Shown piece after piece: positions 58,792 to 64,000 of a stretch of DNA of 64,000 bases; within the stretch, counting starts at the first letter, position 1, and each line of letters begins with the position of its first letter. Made by a program: the position numbers and the translations under genes. The stretch lies in contig OZ253442.1 of the NCBI GenBank assembly GCA_965261085.1, positions 2,272,001 to 2,336,000 of the forward strand, read 5' to 3'. The stretch is from a bacterium (lineage in GTDB: Bacteria > UBA8248). A model generated the notes under the pieces. It saw nothing but the letters and a program-made list of their open reading frames with translations. It searched no databases and was not told the origin of the DNA.

Positions 58792-58998
58792 ATGGAAAAG
58801 GTGGAATTTGCTGTAAGCGGAATGAGCTGTGAGATGTGCCAATCTGCGGTTCACGAGGCGCTCAGCGGAGTGGAAGGCGTGGCCGAGGCCGTGGTTGATT
58901 TGGAAAGAGGCAGGGCGACGGTCGTTTTTGATGCAGGAGCGACGAAAATCGGCGCTTTACATGCCGCTGTTGAAGAGGCCGGTTTTGACACAGAATAA
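58792..58998 (+). CDS. copZ: Copper chaperone (HMA domain)
   Basis: GMSCEMC, AVEEAGF; 68 aa; directly follows copA. Confidence 0.88.
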   Translation: MEKVEFAVSGMSCEMCQSAVHEALSGVEGVAEAVVDLERGRATVVFDAGATKIGALHAAVEEAGFDTE

Positions 58999-59107
58999 AA
59001 CACATATTTACAGTAAGTTACGATTTGTATGTAAAGTAGATTCTTGTTGTATTCAGACTCGTTTTTGATCCACGCCATCCAGACGGCCGGTATGAAACTT
59101 CTCAGTT

Positions 59108-59731
59108 CTATCTCGGTTGTCCGTCCTCGAAACTTCTTTCCAGGAGTTCGCCAAGGGTGCACTGCCAAAAACCATTCAAGCGGCCGATGGGGCCTAGTTT
59201 TTTCATGTCGATATATCGGCCCGTCATGACGTCGGGATTGACGTGGAAATAGACGACTTCTCCGATCAGAAGCGGGTGTTTGTTCGGCCCCAACTCGAAC
59301 ACGTTGTGGGTTTTGCACTCGAAGTGAATGGGCGCGTTCTTGATGCGGGGGGCCTTCACCTTCTTCGCGGGAACCGGTTCGAGGCCCGTGGCTTTGAATT
59401 CGTTTTCCTGCGCGGGGATGCCGTTCGCCGTATCCACCATTTGTTCCCAATGGCGATGAGTGACGACGTTGAAGCAGAATTCTCCGGTTTCCTCCGCATT
59501 GATGAGGGTGTGTTTTTTGCTTCCATCGGGATTTCGCGCCACGGTGAGCGATATCATCGGCGGCGCCACGCACACGCAGGTGAAGAAGCTGAAGGGCGCT
59601 ATGTTGTAAATCCCGTCTTTGCTGATGGATGACGCCCAGCCGATGGGGCGGGGGACGATGGAGCCCGTGAGCAGGCGGTACACCTCACGCCTTTCTATCT
59701 CGTTGGGGTCGAATTCCAGGTATTCACTCAT
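59108..59731 (-). CDS. Flavin reductase-like (DIM6/NTAB) protein
   Basis: VPRPIGW, NIAPFSFF, KHTLIN, GEF, PIGRLNG. Confidence 0.88.
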   Translation of the reverse strand: MSEYLEFDPNEIERREVYRLLTGSIVPRPIGWASSISKDGIYNIAPFSFFTCVCVAPPMISLTVARNPDGSKKHTLINAEETGEFCFNVVTHRHWEQMVDTANGIPAQENEFKATGLEPVPAKKVKAPRIKNAPIHFECKTHNVFELGPNKHPLLIGEVVYFHVNPDVMTGRYIDMKKLGPIGRLNGFWQCTLGELLERSFEDGQPR

Positions 59732-59778
59732 CAAGAACCCTCAAAATGGCTGTAAATCCGTAAAAATCATCGTTTCAG

Positions 59779-60546
59779 CTATGACATGTAGCGACCCGCG
59801 TTCACGGCGATGGTCTGGCCCGTGAGATAGGCGGATTCGGGCGCCGCCAGCATGAGCACCCAGCCCACCATGTCCTCCACGTCGGCGATGCGGCCGAGAA
59901 GCGTGCCCTTCCCGATCATCTCGAGCTGCTCTTCGGAGCGCACCGCGATGACGCGCTCGGTCGCCGTCGTACCGGGCGCGATGGCGTTCACGCGCACGTT
60001 GTATTGCCCCAACTCGTAGGCGAGCACGCGGGTTAAGGCATGAACGCCCGCCTTGGCCGCCGCATAGGGCGGGGAGGAGGGCTGGAGCGTGGTGATTCCC
60101 GACATGGAGCCGAGGTTGATCACGCAGCCGCTGTTTTGTTTCTCGAAAACGGGCGTCAGATGTTTCGAGGTCAGGAAAACGCTCTTGAGGTTTCTGTCCA
60201 CTACCGTGTCCCATTCATCTTCCGACGTATCGCCCGTGGATAGCTGCTGGTGGAAACCACCCGCGCAGTTGACGAAAATGTCGATGCTGCCGGCCTCGCT
60301 CACGATGCGTTCTATCATCTGTTTTACGGCCACCGAATCCGTGAGGTCGCAATCGATGAAGGTGGCGTCGCCCCCCTTGTCGCGAATGCCGACCGCCGCC
60401 GCCTCTCCGAGTTCGATGTCGATGTCGATGAGATACGTCTTGGCGCCCGCTTCGGCGAACCTCTCCGCGGATCCCTTGCCGATGCCGCGCGATCCACCCG
60501 TGACGACGGCGACCTGCCCGGAAAAATCAAAGCTCGTCTTGCTCAT
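59779..60546 (-). CDS. SDR family oxidoreductase
   Basis: TGGSRGIG, VNCAG, YAAAK, RVNAIAPG. Confidence 0.9.
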   Translation of the reverse strand: MSKTSFDFSGQVAVVTGGSRGIGKGSAERFAEAGAKTYLIDIDIELGEAAAVGIRDKGGDATFIDCDLTDSVAVKQMIERIVSEAGSIDIFVNCAGGFHQQLSTGDTSEDEWDTVVDRNLKSVFLTSKHLTPVFEKQNSGCVINLGSMSGITTLQPSSPPYAAAKAGVHALTRVLAYELGQYNVRVNAIAPGTTATERVIAVRSEEQLEMIGKGTLLGRIADVEDMVGWVLMLAAPESAYLTGQTIAVNAGRYMS

Positions 60547-60576
60547 GAAACGCTCTCCTTAGAGGATGATGAATTT

Positions 60577-61491
60577 TTATGGCCTTAAGAATTTCAGTAC
60601 GCGTTCGTTGAAAACGTCGGGTTGCTCCCATTGGGCCATGTGGCCTGCGTCCGGAATAATATCCAGTTCTGCATGGGGAGCGGCTTTTTGGCAAGCGCTC
60701 CGGCGTTCTTCGGGCGTTGGGTACGCGATGACGTCGGCGTCTCCCCACAATATGAGCAGCGGCATGGAACAAGCCGCAAGCAGGTCGGGCAGGTAGGGTT
60801 CTCGGTTCATGGCGTAGATGTTCATCCGCGAATTCTTGAGGTTCGCCCAGGCTTGTAAGAGATAGGCTTCATCCGCGCACGCCGGATTTTTGAACATCAG
60901 CGCCTTTTGGTTGTGAACGAACACCTCGTGCTTCTCTTTGGGGCTCATCTCTCTGGTGGCGCGGCGCTCATCGCCGAGTTTTACGTCGCCCGTGATACCC
61001 AGTCCCCCGGGACCCAGCAAAACGAGTTTCCTGAACCTGGAGGCGTTTTCCTGGCAATACGTCACGCTCATCGTAGCGCCGAAAGAAAAGGCCACGCACG
61101 CGCATTCCTCTATACCCAGCCCATCGAGCAGCCGCCCTATGCCCTCGGTGACCGAAGCGGCCGTGTGTGGTTTCGGCGGCGCGTAGCTTTCACCGAAGGC
61201 GGGCAGATCGACCGCCAGTGTGCGGTAGTGCGCGGCGAAGAAGGCCTGGTTCTTGAGCCAGTGGTTCGCCGCCCCGAAGCCGCCATGTACGAGGAGGAGG
61301 GGTTCTTTATCGCCAGACCCCGCTTCGGTATAGGCGAGCGGGCCGTCGGGGGTGTGGATTGTTTTAGAAATGAGCCGAGCCAATGAGTACCCTCTGGAGT
61401 GTGACGATTTGGTGGAGGCTACCACTTTTGGCCCGAAGCTGTGTAGCCGGTTCGGGGTTTTCGCGCCGGATTTTGTTTGCGCCGAATCCAT
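60577..61491 (-). CDS. Alpha/beta hydrolase (MhpC/BphD-like)
   Basis: LVHGGFG, DLPAFGES, AFSFG nucleophile elbow, WGDAD, AGHMAQWEQP. Start uncertain. Confidence 0.82.
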   Translation of the reverse strand: MDSAQTKSGAKTPNRLHSFGPKVVASTKSSHSRGYSLARLISKTIHTPDGPLAYTEAGSGDKEPLLLVHGGFGAANHWLKNQAFFAAHYRTLAVDLPAFGESYAPPKPHTAASVTEGIGRLLDGLGIEECACVAFSFGATMSVTYCQENASRFRKLVLLGPGGLGITGDVKLGDERRATREMSPKEKHEVFVHNQKALMFKNPACADEAYLLQAWANLKNSRMNIYAMNREPYLPDLLAACSMPLLILWGDADVIAYPTPEERRSACQKAAPHAELDIIPDAGHMAQWEQPDVFNERVLKFLRP

Positions 61492-61550
61492 GGTATGGAG
61501 ATTTGATGTTACGCCTTTGATGAGTCGAATTTAAGGGAGAAATTTGAGCG

Positions 61551-62168
61551 ATGCGTGACCCCGGTAAAGCGCCCGCCTGGGTGTATACGGTTCCGGTGGA
61601 GGAGGCGACGGGGATCGTGAAGCAAACCTATGACGCCAATCTCAAGGCGCTTTGCTATATCGCCAACATCTCGCGTCCGTTCGGAAACCGGCCCGAGATC
61701 ATGCGCGCTCACCGCCGGCTTTACATGACCCTGATGCAGACGGAGGAGAATCTCACGAAAGCCGAGCGTGAGTTCATCGCCACGGCGGTATCGAAGGAAA
61801 ACGATTGTTTCTACTGAACGACCAGCCACGGGGAGTTTCTCCGTCTGGCGTTGGGAGATGATGACCGCGCAAGGGCGCTCAAGCGCGACCCGGAGAGCGC
61901 GAACTTAACGAAGCGCGAGCGGGCGATGCTCGAATTCTCCCGAAAACTGACGAACGCACCGGAGGATATGCGAAAGTCCGATGCGCAGAAATTAAAAGAA
62001 GCGGGGCTCGATGATGCCGCCATCGTCGAGTTGGTGTCGGTGACGGCTTATTTTAATTTCATCAATCGCGTGGCGTTGGGCCTGGGTGTTCGTCTGGACG
62101 AGGCGCTCGAGGGAGCGGCGGAAGCTGAGGACCTCATAAAAGAGGAAGCGCGGTTGTCCGGCGAGTAG
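61551..62168 (+). CDS. AhpD/carboxymuconolactone-decarboxylase-like peroxidase-related selenoprotein (Sec at codon 89)
   Basis: Track ORFs 61551..61817 and 61851..62168 are in the same frame, joined across TGA 61815-61817: EREFIATAVSKENDCFY-U-TTSHG...FNFINR. The TGA occupies the second Cys of the CxxC motif. Confidence 0.82.
61822..61848 (+). promoter_or_regulatory. Candidate bacterial SECIS hairpin
   Basis: CCAG-CC-ACGGGGA-GTT-TCTCCGT-CTGG stem-loop; the apical loop starts with GT about 17 nt after the TGA. Confidence 0.6.
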
Positions 62169-62171
62169 AAT

Positions 62172-62333
62172 TTAACGGCTGCCTTTGATGATATCTATGA
62201 GCGTGTCGATGATTCCGTTGTCATAAAGCGTCCATGCCGTAACGACGACGACGAGCACGAGAACGCTCAAGAGTAGATATTCCAGCAAGCCGTGTTTGGC
62301 AGCAGCGGGTTTAGGGGAATTTCTTTTCGCCAT
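62172..62333 (-). CDS. 53-aa Flp-pilin-like membrane peptide (not in the ORF track)
   Basis: MAKRNSPKPAAAKHGLLEYLLLSVLVLVVVVTAWTLYDNGIIDTLIDIIKGSR*: basic leader, EY, hydrophobic helix. Confidence 0.5.
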   Translation of the reverse strand: MAKRNSPKPAAAKHGLLEYLLLSVLVLVVVVTAWTLYDNGIIDTLIDIIKGSR

Positions 62334-62520
62334 GCGGTGGATTCTCAGGCCATCAGGAAAATGTGGGACGGGCTCTATTGTTGATTATAAACACAATTCC
62401 TCGTCGACGAAACTCGAAGCGGTGACGAGATAAATTTGGATAGACAAGGGTGGGACATCCGTTTATGGTATCCCTATCAGCGGCCGTCTCTTACTTGCAT
62501 CGCGGAGTTTTATATCTCAG

Positions 62521-63096
62521 ATGGATTCTGCAAAATATAATTTCGGTGAAGTCGATAAAATTCGAACAGAAGCGATTGGTGTCGCGGGGAAGAGGATTTT
62601 TCGCATTCTGATTGACTGCCCCTCCAAGGCGGCCGCCACGCTTTGGCTGGAAAAAGAACAGGTCTACGGCCTTTCAATGGCGATGAAAAAGATGGCCGAA
62701 GCAAAAGGGCAAGAAGGACGCTCGGGTGAGGAAGCGGACTTTCCAGACATCGCCGAGGCCGATTCCGCCCCGGTGAGTTCCGGGGGGTCGCTTGAGTTCA
62801 AGGTGAGCCGCTTGGGGCTGGCGTATGGGCCGAGCAAAAGTCGCGTCACGGTCTTTTTCTACGATGAGCGAGACGAGGTCGTCTCCGAGGGTGAATCTTC
62901 AGAAGAAGAATACGAAGAAGAGGCCGTCGGCCCCGCTGCACTACAAGTGAGTCTCGCGAATGCACAGTTGGATGAATTCATCACCCAAAGCCTGGATGAA
63001 TGCTCATCCGGGCGGGGAACGGATGCGCTCTCCCGTCATGCCATGGTGGCCACCGGCAAGGTCGACCCCAATACGAACGGGCATTTTCGTCACTAA
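62521..63096 (+). CDS. DUF3090-family protein
   Basis: EAIGVAGKRIFR, LWLEKEQV, LEFKVSRLGLAY, C-terminal GR...NGH; sits upstream of a SCO1664-family gene, as is typical. Confidence 0.75.
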   Translation: MDSAKYNFGEVDKIRTEAIGVAGKRIFRILIDCPSKAAATLWLEKEQVYGLSMAMKKMAEAKGQEGRSGEEADFPDIAEADSAPVSSGGSLEFKVSRLGLAYGPSKSRVTVFFYDERDEVVSEGESSEEEYEEEAVGPAALQVSLANAQLDEFITQSLDECSSGRGTDALSRHAMVATGKVDPNTNGHFRH

Positions 63097-63128
63097 ATCG
63101 CCCATATCTGAATCGACAGGAAAATCTC

Positions 63129-63914
63129 GTGGCCCGGAAATCCTCTCCTCCTAAAGGCCAGGAAACGGTGGATGCGTCCGAATCGCAGGCGTATCGCTTC
63201 GAACCGGCGGAAATCGAAAATCTTCTTCTCACCTCGGAAATTCTGGGCGGCGAGTTGGTGCCGCAAGGCTCGAACTATACGTTCGCCGTGAAGATGGGTG
63301 CCGGGGATTTTCAGTTTTGGGGGATATACAAGCCTGCGACCGGGGAGCGGCCCCTCTGGGATTTTCCTTACGGGACGCTTCATTTCCGGGAGAGATGCTC
63401 TTTTCTGGTGAGCCACCATTTGGGATGGCACCTCGTTCCCCCGACGGTGATTCGCGAAGGCCCGCACGGGGAGGGTTCCATGCAGTTGTGCGTGCCCTAT
63501 GACGGGAAATCGAACTATTTTACGCTCAGGGAGGAGGAGCGTCCGGAATTGGTGCTGCTCGCGGCTTTCGACATCATGGTCAACAACACGGATCGCAAAG
63601 GAGGGCATTGCTTCAAGTCCGAAGACGGCCGCGTCTGGGGAATCGACCATGGCCTCACGTTTCATTCAGAGCCTAAGCTGCGGACCGTCATCTGGGACTA
63701 TGCGGGCGTTTCCCTGCCCGAGGAGCAGGTGAAGGATATCAAGCGCCTCGAAGACAGCTTGCGTGATCGTCATAGCCCTTTGAGGAATGAAATGGACGAG
63801 CTTCTGGAGCCTGAGGAAATGGATATTTTTCTCGAAAGGGTGATTCAGTTCAGGGAAAACCCATGCTTGCCGACTCCGGAGGAGTATAGGCGTATTCACT
63901 GGTCTTTTGAATAA
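63129..63914 (+). CDS. SCO1664-family PI3/PI4-kinase-like protein
   Basis: GSNYTF, YKPATGERPLWDFPYGTL..RE, GPHGEGSMQ, FDIMVNNTDRKGGH, IDHGLTF. Confidence 0.88.
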   Translation: MARKSSPPKGQETVDASESQAYRFEPAEIENLLLTSEILGGELVPQGSNYTFAVKMGAGDFQFWGIYKPATGERPLWDFPYGTLHFRERCSFLVSHHLGWHLVPPTVIREGPHGEGSMQLCVPYDGKSNYFTLREEERPELVLLAAFDIMVNNTDRKGGHCFKSEDGRVWGIDHGLTFHSEPKLRTVIWDYAGVSLPEEQVKDIKRLEDSLRDRHSPLRNEMDELLEPEEMDIFLERVIQFRENPCLPTPEEYRRIHWSFE

Positions 63915-63959
63915 TTTTCATAAAATCCGGGAAAATGGTGAAACACTGAGGTGTAGGCC

Positions 63960-64000
63960 ATGAGAGTCAATACGAGCCTGACCTGGAATCGACTGTTGTT
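63960..64000 (+). CDS. Start of the next gene (truncated by window end)
   Basis: GAGGTG RBS, then ATG and MRVNTSLTWNRLL... Confidence 0.35.
   Translation, partial: MRVNTSLTWNRLL

Noticed and set aside
61551-62168. Two small genes or a nonsense pseudogene
   Set aside because: The TGA sits at the redox Cys position, both halves are intact and in frame, and a SECIS-like hairpin follows; Sec readthrough is the simpler explanation.

Overview
High-GC bacterial chromosomal segment with about 60 genes; I found no rRNA, tRNA or CRISPR array. The gene mix (many catabolic oxidoreductases, a b6-type Rieske/cytochrome b complex, REP-like palindromes) tentatively suggests an uncultured heterotroph, perhaps near Nitrospinota/Tectomicrobia/Binatota; this is inference only. 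Recognisable genes include msrP, CBS/CGL transsulfuration, pgk, etfAB, apbC, ddl, rel, nfi, a Dpp-type ABC transporter, copA/copZ and an IS1182. The most notable observations are: (1) an unassigned cluster of ATP-grasp, DUF1611-like and second ATP-grasp genes plus an NTT-HEAT-cNMP transporter, divergent from a peptide ABC transporter and a deacetylase; (2) an AhpD-like CxxU selenoprotein that the ORF track splits in two, with a SECIS-like hairpin; (3) a cyclopropane-synthase-type methyltransferase split around a flavin reductase, a candidate methyl-branched fatty acid operon; (4) a dispersed Rieske/b6 complex with two uncalled membrane microproteins, a degenerate membrane-anchored Mrr-fold protein, a polyferredoxin and an octaheme cytochrome; (5) an AT-richer insert with an orphan FitA-like gene and a DUF4365-like nuclease. 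All family assignments come from reading motifs by eye, not from database searches.
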